Positions 26,302 to 36,817 of a stretch of DNA of 51,997 nucleotides are shown piece after piece. The position numbers and the translations under genes were made by a program. The DNA is from Candidatus Sumerlaeaceae bacterium (GTDB lineage Bacteria > Sumerlaeota > Sumerlaeia > Sumerlaeales > Sumerlaeaceae): the NCBI GenBank assembly GCA_051003195.1, contig JBPCLP010000018.1, positions 1 to 51,997 of the forward strand, read 5' to 3'. Below the pieces are notes generated by a model that did no database searches, was not told the origin of the DNA, and saw only the letters and a program-made list of their open reading frames with translations. The first letter of the stretch is position 1; the number at the start of each line of letters is the position of its first letter.

Positions 26302-27996
26302 TTATGTGCGCGTATCAACGAAAGCAAAGTCCGGGAGTTGAGGAAGATCGAAGGCTTCGAGGGCTAGTTCGTCCAGTAAAGGAAAGTTGCGATCCGCGAA
26401 GGCCTTTAGAAGCCGCGAGCGTAGATCGATCGAAATTGAATCGGGCTCTGGAACGCGGATCCTGCGAAGGTATTGGGCTTGAAAACGTAAATACCCGCCA
26501 CGCATTTTGACAGCATAGCTCCAGACAAAGAACAGGGCAACACGGGAACTTAGCAGTGCGCCGAGGACTTCCAGGTCCCACGATTCGCTGGATATATAGT
26601 ACAGGTTGTGGTGAGGGTGGAAATGGCCAGAGTCGAATGCAACTTCGTTGGCTCCGGCAATGTCGGGGATGAGAAGCTTGGGGGTGGTTACAAGGTCGGG
26701 ATACACGCGATCTATCGTGCGGAACCAATTAGTTGGATTCTTTCGTGCAACGTGACGCTTACGAACTGCGGAGTCATGTTTTTGCAGGTAGGCGGATAAT
26801 AGCGGAAAGTCCGTAAGAGAAACGATTTTGCCGTCGTCAGAAAACGTGTTAATTACGAAGCGCCTAGCGTCCCGGATAGTACCATTGTTAATGTCTGCAC
26901 GCATGACGAGAGGAACAAGGCGGTCGCGTTCTATCCTTGCATCGGCATTCACGATATAAACTTTGTCATTCCCGGTTGCCACCCCTATGCCCACTCGCGT
27001 GACTCGTTGTTGTTCGAGTGGTCGGAAGCGAGCCTCCAAATCTTGCAGGGTAGACAGATGATCCGATCTGCCAAGCACCCAGGGGCCGTTACCAAGCGAG
27101 GAACTTGCTTGATTCGTGAGAGTCACACCTTCAGCCACGCCGTTCTCGCACTGGATCAAGCGTAACACATCCGCGCATTCTTGTGGAGAGGCATTTAAAA
27201 GTGTGAGGACAGGCACAATAGCGGAATGTTGCCCCGGACGTACAGCAAATATCGAGGGGTAGGCGCTGACTTTGCTTTCGAAAGGGGATGCATGCTGGAG
27301 ATCAATATAGCAGGCGAGAGTGTAGTTCTCGGAAATGAGCCGTCGCAATGGTGCTCCGTACTTGTTGCGAACCCATCGGTCCGCGCAAATGAACGTAAGG
27401 CAGCCGTCCTGTGCCAGCAATGAAAGCCCGCGTTCGATAAACGCGATGTAGAGATCGGCTCGATCGAACAGAGTCGTATAGCGAGCACGGTATTCAATCT
27501 GTAACTCCGGTGCCAGGTTCTCCACGCGAATGTATGGAGGGTTGCCGACAACCGCGGAATACGAGCGCTGCAGCGGAGCGAGCAGGAAGTCTCCGGCCGT
27601 AATCCACTGGGCAGCGAGTTGCGTTGCTTCTGCACTGGATACGCCTTCCATTTGGAGTGCGTTCGCAGTTGCCTGACGCGAACGGGCAACGTGATCGTCG
27701 TCAATGTCGTACGCCGTAATAGAGCCGACAAGATCAGAGAGTGGCCGTTTATGGTGGTGTGCCGACTGGACAAGCCGCTTGGCTGCAATCTCCAGAAACG
27801 CGCCGTGACCACAAGCGGGCTCCAGTAGTGGGAATGTTGCCAGATCTCGATCAACGGTGTAACCGGCCAGATCTAGGATGAGTTTTACGACATGGCTTTT
27901 TGTCAGGACGACCCCGTGAGTTTGCCCGGACGACCGCAGACCGTAATCGTATGCATCCGCTGGCAGCGTGGTGGGAAGGTTAAGGCTTAACTGCAA
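26302..27996 (-). CDS. Type II N6-adenine DNA methyltransferase, M.PaeR7I/M.XhoI-like (gamma class)
   Basis: Motif I LLEPACGHGAF, motif IV VGNPPY, RADLYIAFIER, GIGVATG, PHHNLYYI, MRGGYLRFQAQYLRRI. Start uncertain (27996-28044). Confidence 0.92.
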   Translation of the reverse strand: MQLSLNLPTTLPADAYDYGLRSSGQTHGVVLTKSHVVKLILDLAGYTVDRDLATFPLLEPACGHGAFLEIAAKRLVQSAHHHKRPLSDLVGSITAYDIDDDHVARSRQATANALQMEGVSSAEATQLAAQWITAGDFLLAPLQRSYSAVVGNPPYIRVENLAPELQIEYRARYTTLFDRADLYIAFIERGLSLLAQDGCLTFICADRWVRNKYGAPLRRLISENYTLACYIDLQHASPFESKVSAYPSIFAVRPGQHSAIVPVLTLLNASPQECADVLRLIQCENGVAEGVTLTNQASSSLGNGPWVLGRSDHLSTLQDLEARFRPLEQQRVTRVGIGVATGNDKVYIVNADARIERDRLVPLVMRADINNGTIRDARRFVINTFSDDGKIVSLTDFPLLSAYLQKHDSAVRKRHVARKNPTNWFRTIDRVYPDLVTTPKLLIPDIAGANEVAFDSGHFHPHHNLYYISSESWDLEVLGALLSSRVALFFVWSYAVKMRGGYLRFQAQYLRRIRVPEPDSISIDLRSRLLKAFADRNFPLLDELALEAFDLPQLPDFAFVDTRT

Positions 27997-28003
27997 GGTG
28001 AGC

Positions 28004-28750
28004 TCACGGGAGTGTGGCCATATAAGCGGAGGCGTGCCCCGCAAGTCCGGCCAATAATTTTTTCATGGTTAAGTCTGCGGCAGGTTCGGTGTAAATACCG
28101 TGCATTCCCTCGGGTTCGGTAGACATAATGAAGGCTGTCGCATCATATAGTTTTTCAGTTACCAGCCGTCGTAACAGAAGTTCATAGCGGCCGGCATATG
28201 ATGCGGTTCGAAACTCCGGGAAAACTGAAAAATGTGGCTCGCACACGGAAACCGGGCGCGTAGATCCCGGACAATCTTCGAGCAGCATGACCCAGCCGAG
28301 CCATGGGCGCAACCGTTCGGTGCCAAAGGCGCCCTCCCGATACGCGGTCCATAGGTCGGTAGCGTTGCCGAGTGCTTCTTCGGTACGGTTATTGAAATTG
28401 TTACCGAATGATGGTCCACGTTGGGATTTAAACTCGATGGCAGCAATAAGAAACCTGTCGTGTACCACCACAAGGTCCCAGTCTTTTGTCGGACGAAAAA
28501 ACCCAGGCAGTTCGCGTTTGTTGCGTACGTAGACACTTGCGTCACCAATGCCATTAATGCTGAGAACCCAGTGTATTAATGAGCAGAAGCCGTCCATCTG
28601 TTTACCACCGGTTACTGCAGAACGGCGTCCACGGTCCGATGCTCGGCCTTTTCGCGGCTTTGCCTGCTTGATAAGAGTTGTCCAATAATGCGCGATCGCT
28701 TCACCCAAGCGATCTTCGAAAGGTGGGAGAACAATAGACATTGTCTGCAT
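28004..28750 (-). CDS. PaeR7I/XhoI family type II restriction endonuclease (expected site CTCGAG)
   Basis: VTGGKQMDGF, LPGFFRPTKDWD, EFKSQ.GPSFGNNFNNRTEEALG, W.AYREGAF; adjacent to the cognate MTase. Confidence 0.9.
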   Translation of the reverse strand: MQTMSIVLPPFEDRLGEAIAHYWTTLIKQAKPRKGRASDRGRRSAVTGGKQMDGFCSLIHWVLSINGIGDASVYVRNKRELPGFFRPTKDWDLVVVHDRFLIAAIEFKSQRGPSFGNNFNNRTEEALGNATDLWTAYREGAFGTERLRPWLGWVMLLEDCPGSTRPVSVCEPHFSVFPEFRTASYAGRYELLLRRLVTEKLYDATAFIMSTEPEGMHGIYTEPAADLTMKKLLAGLAGHASAYMATLP

Positions 28751-28880
28751 GGTGGCGACGCCTGCGGCCTCGTGCAAGTATGAAGAAGTAAAATAGTCGC
28801 CGGCCCGCAGCCCGAGCCCGGACGGTACTTCACGGTTGAACCACTCTACGCGACGGTATCTGTACTTTTCCGATGAGACC

Positions 28881-29585
28881 TTACCGCAGCAGTCGCGCCT
28901 TTAACACGAATACAAAGCTCCGCAACATGATGCCTACATTGAAGGTGCTCTGACCGGCGCGGCGTTCTTCGAACAGGATTGGCCGCTCCGACATTTTCAG
29001 TCCGGCGTTGCGAGCCTCCAGCAGCACCTCTTGCACAATTTCGGGACCCCGAGCCTGCATCCGTTCCCATGGGATAGCGAGCAGTGCGCGCTGGTTAAAC
29101 GTACGAAAACCACTGGTGCAGTCACGAATCCCGATCCCAAGTAAAAGGCGAATATATGTATTTGCAGCAAGCGTAATACAGCGCCGGATCGGGTGACGCC
29201 CAGTTTCGCCTCCGCCTTTGATCAATCGCGATCCGATCACCAGGTCCGCGTTTCCATTCCGCAGCGGTTCGATCAATGACGGTATAAATCGCGGCGCGTG
29301 CGAAAAATCCGCGTCCATTTCCACAACGGCATCGCAGCCGCGATCACGCGCCCATCGAAAACCTGCAAGCCCTGCCGTCCCGCGTCCGCGTTCCGTCGTA
29401 CGGTGGAGCAGGTGCACACGTGCGTCCTTTTGTGACAGCTCCTGCACGATTTTCCAGGTCCCGTCAGGTGAATCGTCATCTATGACGAGCGCCTCGTACT
29501 CGGGCCCGAGCGCGAGAATCTGGTCCATCAAAGGTCCGATATTCTCTGCCTCATTGTAGGTCGGCAGCATCGCCAGGATACGCAT
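28881..29585 (-). CDS. Polyprenol monophosphomannose synthase-like GT2
   Basis: PTYNEAENI, DDDSPDGT, MDADFSH, GSR, DCTSGFR, F.ERRAGQS. Confidence 0.9.
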   Translation of the reverse strand: MRILAMLPTYNEAENIGPLMDQILALGPEYEALVIDDDSPDGTWKIVQELSQKDARVHLLHRTTERGRGTAGLAGFRWARDRGCDAVVEMDADFSHAPRFIPSLIEPLRNGNADLVIGSRLIKGGGETGRHPIRRCITLAANTYIRLLLGIGIRDCTSGFRTFNQRALLAIPWERMQARGPEIVQEVLLEARNAGLKMSERPILFEERRAGQSTFNVGIMLRSFVFVLKARLLR

Positions 29586-29673
29586 GGGAACCGATCTTCA
29601 GGCGGCACATGGCGCCGATCAATGCTAAAGACTCGTGCGGCGCGGAGATTGCATTGCCCTGTGGCGGGTATAC

Positions 29674-32289
29674 ATGACCATGACAAGCCGGGGAAAGCGC
29701 AGAATCGCGTCACTGTTGCTTGCATGTGTGTGTGCGGTATCGTTCGGCCAGGGCCAATTCGTGGGTTCCGATATTATCGTCAAGTATCGGCCCGGCGTCG
29801 CACAGGTTCATGCATCCCCGCGCGCGTTCGCCGTTTCGCGTGGGCTCCGGTTACGCAAGCCGGGCAAGATTCCGCGAACTCTGGTTGTAGATGGCGGCGC
29901 AAGGCCGGCGGCGCTCCTCGCGCGGCTTCAACTTGATCCCGACGTAGAATATGTCACTCGCGACCGCTGGATCCGTCTCACATCCACACTACCCAACGAC
30001 CCGCTCTTTTCGACGCAATACGACCTTTACAACACCGGGCAGAACGGTGGTGTCCCGGGCGCGGATATACAGGCCACCGCCGCATGGGATGTGACGACCG
30101 GCTCCGCGGCGATCACTATCGCCATCAGCGATACCGGTTGCCAGATCGACCACCCGGACCTTGCCAGCAGGATCTGGATGAATCCTGGCGAAATCGCAGG
30201 CAATGGCCTCGATGACGACAGCAATGGATATGTCGACGATGTGAACGGGTGGGACTTCTACTCGGACACAAACACTACAATTCCGAGCGGCGGACATGGC
30301 ACCAGTGTTCTCGGTATTGCCGGCGCCGCTGGCAACAATGGCATCGGCATCGCCGGAACGAACTGGAACTCGCGCATGATGCCCATCAACGGTTTTGCTC
30401 CATCGGGCTTCGGAACCGAGAGTGTTCTCGTGGATGGCGTTGTGTACGCGATCGATAATGGTGCGCGTGTCGTGAACCAGAGCTGGGGCGCGTATGACGT
30501 GTCGCCGCTGATGCACGATATGGCCCTGTATGCGCACGCAAACGGCGCGCTGCTGGTACCGGCGTCCGGCAATGAAGGCGTCGATTGCGAGGAGTATCCC
30601 TTCTATCCGGCATCGCTGCCCTATGATTCCGTGCTGTCCGTGGGCGGATCCGAACAGCGCGATGACTCCGTTTATAATGGCGTGAATGGCCCGCGTATCT
30701 TCAACTACGGTGTCGAACGCGTGCAGATTGCGGCGGCGGCGTTCGCAGTCCCCTTCACGTCGTGGTTTTCATCGTACGGATCAAGCCACGGTACTTCTTA
30801 CGCTGCGCCAATTGTGAGCGGAGCAGCGGGACTCGTCTTAAGTGTCGCACCCGGATTATCAGCTCCCCAGCTGAAATATCGGCTGATGGGAACCGCGGCG
30901 CAGAAAGTCGGACTTTCCGACCGAAATAAAACAAACGGGAGACTCGATGCAGCGCTTGCAGTCAGCCTGTCCGATGCAATTGCGCCCGGTGCCATTACAG
31001 ATCTGGCAACGCAGTCGGTGGGCTGGAACGGCGCAGTATTACGGTTTACCGCTCCGGGGGGAGATGCAGCCGCAGGTCGCGCGACATTTTATCAAGTGCG
31101 GGCTACGACAGGACCGTTGACCGCCGCGAACTGGCATTCGCTACCCTACACGCCTGCTCACATGCGGCCCCAGGCGCGCGGCAACACGGAACGCATACTG
31201 CTGAACGAACTTCGATCCGGAACAAGTTACAACGTTGCCGTGCGTGCGGTGGACAGCGCTGGTAATGAAGGAGCGATTTCCAACGTGCTGAACATCGCCG
31301 TGCCGCTTCCCGCGACTGTGATGCAGGACGACTGCAACACCACGCATCCCTCATGGACAGCCGTGGGATTTACGCTCGCCCCCGGCCTTGCTCACACCGG
31401 TACACTCTCGTGGCAGGATAGCCCGGAGGCCGATTACGCCCCGTCGGCCGTTGCAACGCTCAGCGCCGGACCTTTTAACCTGGCTTCCATGTCCCGGCCG
31501 CGTCTCAGCTTTTACCTGCGCCGTTATTTTCCCATGTCCCAGGATCGCGTTGACAGCCTGAAGGTTGAGGCGTCGAGCGACGGCGGATTTACATGGAAAC
31601 TCCTGAAGCGCTACCATGGCGCACACGCGCCTTTTCGCAGGGAGATAGTACCGTTGGATGAAGTCGCGGCATCGGGCAGCACCATCTTCCGTTTTCTTAC
31701 GGTGGCAGATTCCAACGCCATTGTCAGCGATGGAGTTTATATAGATGACATTCGACTGCATGAAGGTGCGGGGGGGGTGACGGAAGCTCGAGACATTGTG
31801 ATGGAGACCATCGACTTCTATGCCGGCGGCCTGCTGCCACCTGACTACGTGACCTCCGGCTCCTGGGTGAGTGACGTCGTCGCAAAAAGCCTGGCGCCCA
31901 AGTGCGAAGGTTTCTCGAGCTTCCGTACACCAGCAGGCGCAGTTGCCAGTGGGCAGTTCATTCCCTTTCTTCCACAGGCCGGGAAGTATGAGGTGTTGGC
32001 AACCTGGAGCGCCACTGAGACCGCGATGGGTGTGACTTATCGGGTCCAGCACTCGGGCGGCCAAAGTCTCCGCGTCGTCAATCAGTTGGCGAGCACTGGA
32101 CACAGATGGACCAGCCTGGGCACGTATACTTTTGCCTATGGGCGCAATGCTGCTGCAGGTTCCGTTGTAATAGACGCTTCAACCGCTTCGGGGCAGAATG
32201 TCAGGTCCGACGCCATTCGGCTGCGTTACGCCGAGTTGGATGGTGTTTCCGCTGTCACGGCCGCTTCGAATTGGCAGCTCTTTGATTAA
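29674..32289 (+). CDS. Secreted S8 (subtilisin-like) serine peptidase with FN3 and beta-sandwich accessory domains and C-terminal W-x-L-F tail
   Basis: Signal peptide; catalytic D (ISDTG), H (GHGT), S (GTSYA), oxyanion N (SGN); W.NPGEIAGNGLDDDSNGYVDD; FN3 (FTAPGGD…AVD.AGN); ends SAVTAASNWQLFD. Confidence 0.93.
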   Translation: MTMTSRGKRRIASLLLACVCAVSFGQGQFVGSDIIVKYRPGVAQVHASPRAFAVSRGLRLRKPGKIPRTLVVDGGARPAALLARLQLDPDVEYVTRDRWIRLTSTLPNDPLFSTQYDLYNTGQNGGVPGADIQATAAWDVTTGSAAITIAISDTGCQIDHPDLASRIWMNPGEIAGNGLDDDSNGYVDDVNGWDFYSDTNTTIPSGGHGTSVLGIAGAAGNNGIGIAGTNWNSRMMPINGFAPSGFGTESVLVDGVVYAIDNGARVVNQSWGAYDVSPLMHDMALYAHANGALLVPASGNEGVDCEEYPFYPASLPYDSVLSVGGSEQRDDSVYNGVNGPRIFNYGVERVQIAAAAFAVPFTSWFSSYGSSHGTSYAAPIVSGAAGLVLSVAPGLSAPQLKYRLMGTAAQKVGLSDRNKTNGRLDAALAVSLSDAIAPGAITDLATQSVGWNGAVLRFTAPGGDAAAGRATFYQVRATTGPLTAANWHSLPYTPAHMRPQARGNTERILLNELRSGTSYNVAVRAVDSAGNEGAISNVLNIAVPLPATVMQDDCNTTHPSWTAVGFTLAPGLAHTGTLSWQDSPEADYAPSAVATLSAGPFNLASMSRPRLSFYLRRYFPMSQDRVDSLKVEASSDGGFTWKLLKRYHGAHAPFRREIVPLDEVAASGSTIFRFLTVADSNAIVSDGVYIDDIRLHEGAGGVTEARDIVMETIDFYAGGLLPPDYVTSGSWVSDVVAKSLAPKCEGFSSFRTPAGAVASGQFIPFLPQAGKYEVLATWSATETAMGVTYRVQHSGGQSLRVVNQLASTGHRWTSLGTYTFAYGRNAAAGSVVIDASTASGQNVRSDAIRLRYAELDGVSAVTAASNWQLFD

Positions 32290-32378
32290 ACACGCCGGCT
32301 GACAGATATTAGTTGCGGTACGCGCCTGTGCTTTGCGATCCGGCGCATCAACTGATACCAGAAGCTGAAAAGGGCAAC

Positions 32379-33050
32379 ATGGCCGGCAATACCGCTGAAG
32401 CAGCACCCACGCATTTCGCGCCCGAGGGCACACGGGACCCTATCCAGATTGAGCTGATGATCGGCATCTTTGCGATCGTTGGCATTATTGTGTGGATCCT
32501 CATGTGGCCGACCTGGACGATAGATTGGCACCAGTACCAGAAGGGCAATAACCTGAGAAAGCGCGATTACCAGGGCGCGATCACACACTTGCACTGGCTG
32601 CTGAACAGCAACACACCGGGCAAATCCGAGGACCAGGATTCTGCGAAAAACCCAACTTATCTTTCTGAGCTGGGTCTTTGCTACATGCACACCAAAGACT
32701 ACGAAAAATCGGAGAAATACTACCGGCTCGCCCAGCAGTATAACACCAACCTGGCGCATGATGACCAGGGAAATGTTCGTGAACCGACCGACTTTACGAC
32801 ACAAATCGGAATGGCGCAAATGGAGCGCGGCGACCTGAAAGCCGCCGAGGAAACATTCCGGGCCGCCCTGCAAAAAAACAAGGTCGATAACCAGGCAAAC
32901 TTCAAAATGGGCGAGCTCGAGATGAAACGCGGCAACTATGTGAACGCCGCGAAATATTTCAAGGTCGTCGCCCGGCACCCATGGTATGAAGCCCAGGTGA
33001 AAAAATATTATGCGGAAATCGAAAAGAAGCTGTTCGCGGGCACCAGCTGA
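32379..33050 (+). CDS. Membrane-anchored TPR protein
   Basis: N-terminal TM (LMIGIFAIVGIIVWILMW) followed by TPR-like repeats. Confidence 0.82.
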   Translation: MAGNTAEAAPTHFAPEGTRDPIQIELMIGIFAIVGIIVWILMWPTWTIDWHQYQKGNNLRKRDYQGAITHLHWLLNSNTPGKSEDQDSAKNPTYLSELGLCYMHTKDYEKSEKYYRLAQQYNTNLAHDDQGNVREPTDFTTQIGMAQMERGDLKAAEETFRAALQKNKVDNQANFKMGELEMKRGNYVNAAKYFKVVARHPWYEAQVKKYYAEIEKKLFAGTS

Positions 33051-33051
33051 T

Positions 33052-34275
33052 TTGGTTGCACACGGTTTCCGTATCTGGCTTCCTGGTGCGCTCGTAATGA
33101 TGGCAACTGTTGCGCCGGCGGCCTCTCTTACGTCGGGCACGCTGGAGCCCGGTCAGGCTGAAGCGCAGACCACACTCACTCAGCCCGTGCAGTTACCCGC
33201 ACAGTGGTCGCACCCCAAAACCGAGGCGCGGGCAGTCTGGATTACGTCGCAGGAGTTGCAGGAGAGCAAGGAGGCGCTGACCGCCAAGCTGGACCAGGTC
33301 GCCTCCGCCAACTTTAACACGATCACCGTCGACACATGGTTTCGTGGCTTTGTAGCTTACCCCGATAGCGCACTGGTTCCGCAATATCCCGGCGTCGTTG
33401 AAAAAAATCCCGACGTTCTGTCATGGATCCTGAAAGAGGCACATGCGCGGAAGTTGCGCGTAGACGCCTGGCCAAGCTACGGCTTTTACGCGTACTATAC
33501 AAAGGACGCCGCAGCAGACGAATCGAACGGGCCGCTGCTTGACAAGCATCCCGACCTTACATCCCTTGACGCGGACGGCAAAGCTCCCCTGCACAACCCG
33601 TCACTCGGTGACTTCTATTCACTCTGTCCGGCCAACCCAAAATCGCACCAGCTGCTCGCCCAACTGATATCCGAGATGGTCGAAAAGTACGAGTTTGACG
33701 GCGTCAATCTCGACCGAATGCGCTTCCCGAGTTCTTCGTATTGTCATTGCGCCTGGTGCAAAGAACACTTCCGCGAAGATGTTGGAATCGAACTGCGCAG
33801 GTTCCCGGACGGAAGCGAAGAGGCGCGCAAGTTCCTGGAGTGGAAGCGGGAACAGAACGCCCGCAGTATTGGCGTCGTGCACCGCGCGGTGCGAAAGCTT
33901 CGGCCGCGCATGCCAATCACTGCCTATGTGGTCGGCCCGGCCGAGAAGGATGACAAAGCGCAAAGCTGGGAGCTGTGGGTGAAGCGCGGCTACATTGACG
34001 CCGTCGCTGTCAGCATGTACGGACCCGACATCCGCGAAACTGCCAAACGCGCGCTTCAGCTATTGGATGGTCGTAAAGATAAACTGATATGCGCAATCTC
34101 GTGCGACCTTCCGCACTCCAGCTACTACTTGCGCAATATCCAGTTTGCGCGAGAGATTACACCGACTGGGCAGTTCACCTGGTACGGCGGCAAGTTGCTG
34201 GACGACGTCGAGCCGCTGAAAGCCGGGCCGTATGCAGAGCCCGCGGCATGGCCCCTGCTTCTCTCCACGAAATAA
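33052..34275 (+). CDS. Glycoside hydrolase-like family 10 (GHL10/DUF187) protein, secreted
   Basis: EARAVW, NFNTI.V..WFRG...YP.S, D.L..IL.EAH.R.L.V.AW, CPANP, Y.FDGVNLDRMRFP, QSW..W...GYID. Start uncertain (33052/33097). Confidence 0.85.
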   Translation: MVAHGFRIWLPGALVMMATVAPAASLTSGTLEPGQAEAQTTLTQPVQLPAQWSHPKTEARAVWITSQELQESKEALTAKLDQVASANFNTITVDTWFRGFVAYPDSALVPQYPGVVEKNPDVLSWILKEAHARKLRVDAWPSYGFYAYYTKDAAADESNGPLLDKHPDLTSLDADGKAPLHNPSLGDFYSLCPANPKSHQLLAQLISEMVEKYEFDGVNLDRMRFPSSSYCHCAWCKEHFREDVGIELRRFPDGSEEARKFLEWKREQNARSIGVVHRAVRKLRPRMPITAYVVGPAEKDDKAQSWELWVKRGYIDAVAVSMYGPDIRETAKRALQLLDGRKDKLICAISCDLPHSSYYLRNIQFAREITPTGQFTWYGGKLLDDVEPLKAGPYAEPAAWPLLLSTK

Positions 34276-34282
34276 TATGCAC

Positions 34283-34703
<421 letters not shown>

Positions 34704-34819
34704 ATGCGTAGAAACACTACTGACGCCGATTGGGCAAATTCATCCCCCGGTCAGGCCGCCAGGGGACGGTCCTGCTTTTAGGATTAAGGCAGTTGGTCCG
34801 TTAATTCTTGCTGTCGCAA

Positions 34820-34884
34820 GCTGCTCAAAAGCCGCTCAAAAGCTGCTCAAAAGCCGCTCAAATATGAATTTAAGATGAGCTTTT
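34820..34884 (+). promoter_or_regulatory. Four tandem 11-bp direct repeats plus an inverted half-site upstream of the Fic gene (putative operator)
   Basis: GCTGCTCAAAA GCCGCTCAAAA GCTGCTCAAAA GCCGCTCAAAT (34820-34863), then TGAGCTTTT (34876-34884). Confidence 0.6.
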
Positions 34885-34902
34885 ACAATATTGAAAACAA
34901 CG

Positions 34903-36264
34903 ATGCCAAACCTCGAAGCCATCATCCTGAAAATTATAGCGGCGCAGCCGCTTGGAATTGAACGCGATGAAATAGAGGCACGGTTGCGAGCGAGAAAGGT
35001 TCAGAGAGCCAGTCCAGCGACCGTCCGGCGCTATCTATCGCAGCTTGTCGATACCGGCCGGATCACACGTGAAGGCGAAAGTGTAGCTCGAATCTACAAA
35101 ATCGCTCCGGCATCAGCCCCCACCAGTGCTACTGTTGCCGGGCCGGTGCCGCTCACGGCAGATGCAGTGCAGGTCCAGGCACTCGTAAGCCGGCCGCTCG
35201 CCGCGCGCAAACCTGTCCCGTACCAGCCGCAGTTCCTGACCGAGTATCAGCCGAATCAGTTTATTTACTTATCCGAAACACAGATTCGTCGACTTCACGA
35301 CCTTGGCCGCAGCAACATGGAAGAGCGCCCGGCAGGTACGTACGCACGCGATATATTGGGCCGCCTTCTCATCGATCTTTCATGGGCATCGTCACGGCTT
35401 GAAGGTAACACCTACACGCTGCTCGACACTAAACGCCTCATCGAGGAAGGAGTAGCTGCCGCAGGCAAAAACGCCAAAGAGGCACAAATGATTCTCAACC
35501 ACAAGCGCGCGATCGAGCTGCTGGTCGACGACGCAGAGCACATCGGGTTCAACGCGTTTACCCTGCGCAACCTCCACGCCACCCTGGCAGAAGGCCTGAT
35601 GGCAGATCCGGCAGCCGAAGGACGTTTGCGCATGCGCGTGGTGGAGATCGAAGGTTCGGTTTATCATCCACCACCGGTGCCCCAGCAGATCGAGCAATAC
35701 TTCCAGGAGGCGCTCGACAAAGCCGTCGCGATTAACGACCCGTTCGAGCAGGCGTTTTTTGCGATGGTGCACATCCCGTACCTGCAACCCTTCGAAGACG
35801 TAAACAAACGGGTGTCCCGGCTGGCCGCAAACATCCCGCTCATCCGGGACAATCTGTGTCCGCTGTCGTTCATCGACGTGCCAAACGACCTCTATGTCGA
35901 GGGCCTGCTTGGCGTGTACGAGTTGAACCGATATGAGCTGCTGCGCGACGTCTTCATGTGGGCGTACGAGCGCTCGTGCCAGCTCTATCCGATCAAGAAA
36001 GCCGAAGTGGCGCAACCCGATCCGCTGAGGATCAAATATAGGGAACTGCTGCATCAGCTACTTCGAATGCTGGTACGGGGCGAACTCGCCCCGACCAGCG
36101 ATGCGGTACTGGCTGAGGTGCGTGCGGCCGGGGTCGAGCCCGATGAAAGCGAAGCGCTCACGCGCATGACTCTGCAGGACCTCGCTCGTATGAATGAAGG
36201 CAACTTCGCGCGCTACGGCATCCGTCCGCTGGAATTCGCGCAGTGGCAAAACACGCGAAGGTGA
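34903..36264 (+). CDS. Fic family protein with N-terminal winged HTH
   Basis: wHTH (SPATVRRYLSQLVDTGRITREG); inhibitory-type SSRLEGN; non-canonical Fic motif YLQPFEDVNKRVSR. Confidence 0.9.
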   Translation: MPNLEAIILKIIAAQPLGIERDEIEARLRARKVQRASPATVRRYLSQLVDTGRITREGESVARIYKIAPASAPTSATVAGPVPLTADAVQVQALVSRPLAARKPVPYQPQFLTEYQPNQFIYLSETQIRRLHDLGRSNMEERPAGTYARDILGRLLIDLSWASSRLEGNTYTLLDTKRLIEEGVAAAGKNAKEAQMILNHKRAIELLVDDAEHIGFNAFTLRNLHATLAEGLMADPAAEGRLRMRVVEIEGSVYHPPPVPQQIEQYFQEALDKAVAINDPFEQAFFAMVHIPYLQPFEDVNKRVSRLAANIPLIRDNLCPLSFIDVPNDLYVEGLLGVYELNRYELLRDVFMWAYERSCQLYPIKKAEVAQPDPLRIKYRELLHQLLRMLVRGELAPTSDAVLAEVRAAGVEPDESEALTRMTLQDLARMNEGNFARYGIRPLEFAQWQNTRR

Positions 36265-36325
36265 CCAGATCCCGGAGATAGAAGTAGAGTCGTAATTCCT
36301 TCGTAGAACCCTGGACCTATCTTCG

Positions 36326-36796
36326 CTACAAACCGCCCATCTTTAAAACGGTGTTCCATTCCGGTTCAGTCACGGGCGTCACAGAGAGCCTGTTGCGCGT
36401 GAACAGCGCCATCTTCTGCAATGACTTCTGTGCACGAAGCTCCGCGAGTCTGACAAACCTCGGCAGCTTCTTTACAGCCTTCAGGTCCACCATGTACCAG
36501 GTTGGATTGTCGGTTTTGCTTTTCGGATCGTAGTGCTCGTGTTTCTTGTCGAACGCCGTTGAATCCGGATAGCCCGCGCGCACCACTTTCGCGATTCCGG
36601 CCACGCCGATCGCATCCGAATTGGAGTGATAGTATAGCACTTCATCACCCACCTGCACCTGGTCGCGCAGCAGGTTGCGCGCTTCAAAATTTCGAACACC
36701 GTCCCAGCACGTCGTTTTGCCCGGCGCGTGCAACAGGTCGTCAAAAGAGAAGCAGTCCGCCTCCGATTTCATCAGCCAGTAACGTTTCTGCGGCAT
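36326..36796 (-). CDS. EVE domain protein
   Basis: YWLMKSE, WDGVRNFEARN, GD.VLYYHS, YPD.TAFD…YDPKS….P.W.MVD, RLSV.PV. Confidence 0.95.
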   Translation of the reverse strand: MPQKRYWLMKSEADCFSFDDLLHAPGKTTCWDGVRNFEARNLLRDQVQVGDEVLYYHSNSDAIGVAGIAKVVRAGYPDSTAFDKKHEHYDPKSKTDNPTWYMVDLKAVKKLPRFVRLAELRAQKSLQKMALFTRNRLSVTPVTEPEWNTVLKMGGL

Positions 36797-36817
36797 TCCG
36801 GTTTTGTCCCCGCGTTG

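Noticed and set aside
34240..34275. GHL10 C-terminus (PAAWPLLLSTK) as a fourth copy of the W-tail
   Set aside because: It lacks the S-A-V lead-in and the aromatic residue at W+3, and the Trp is too far from the stop.
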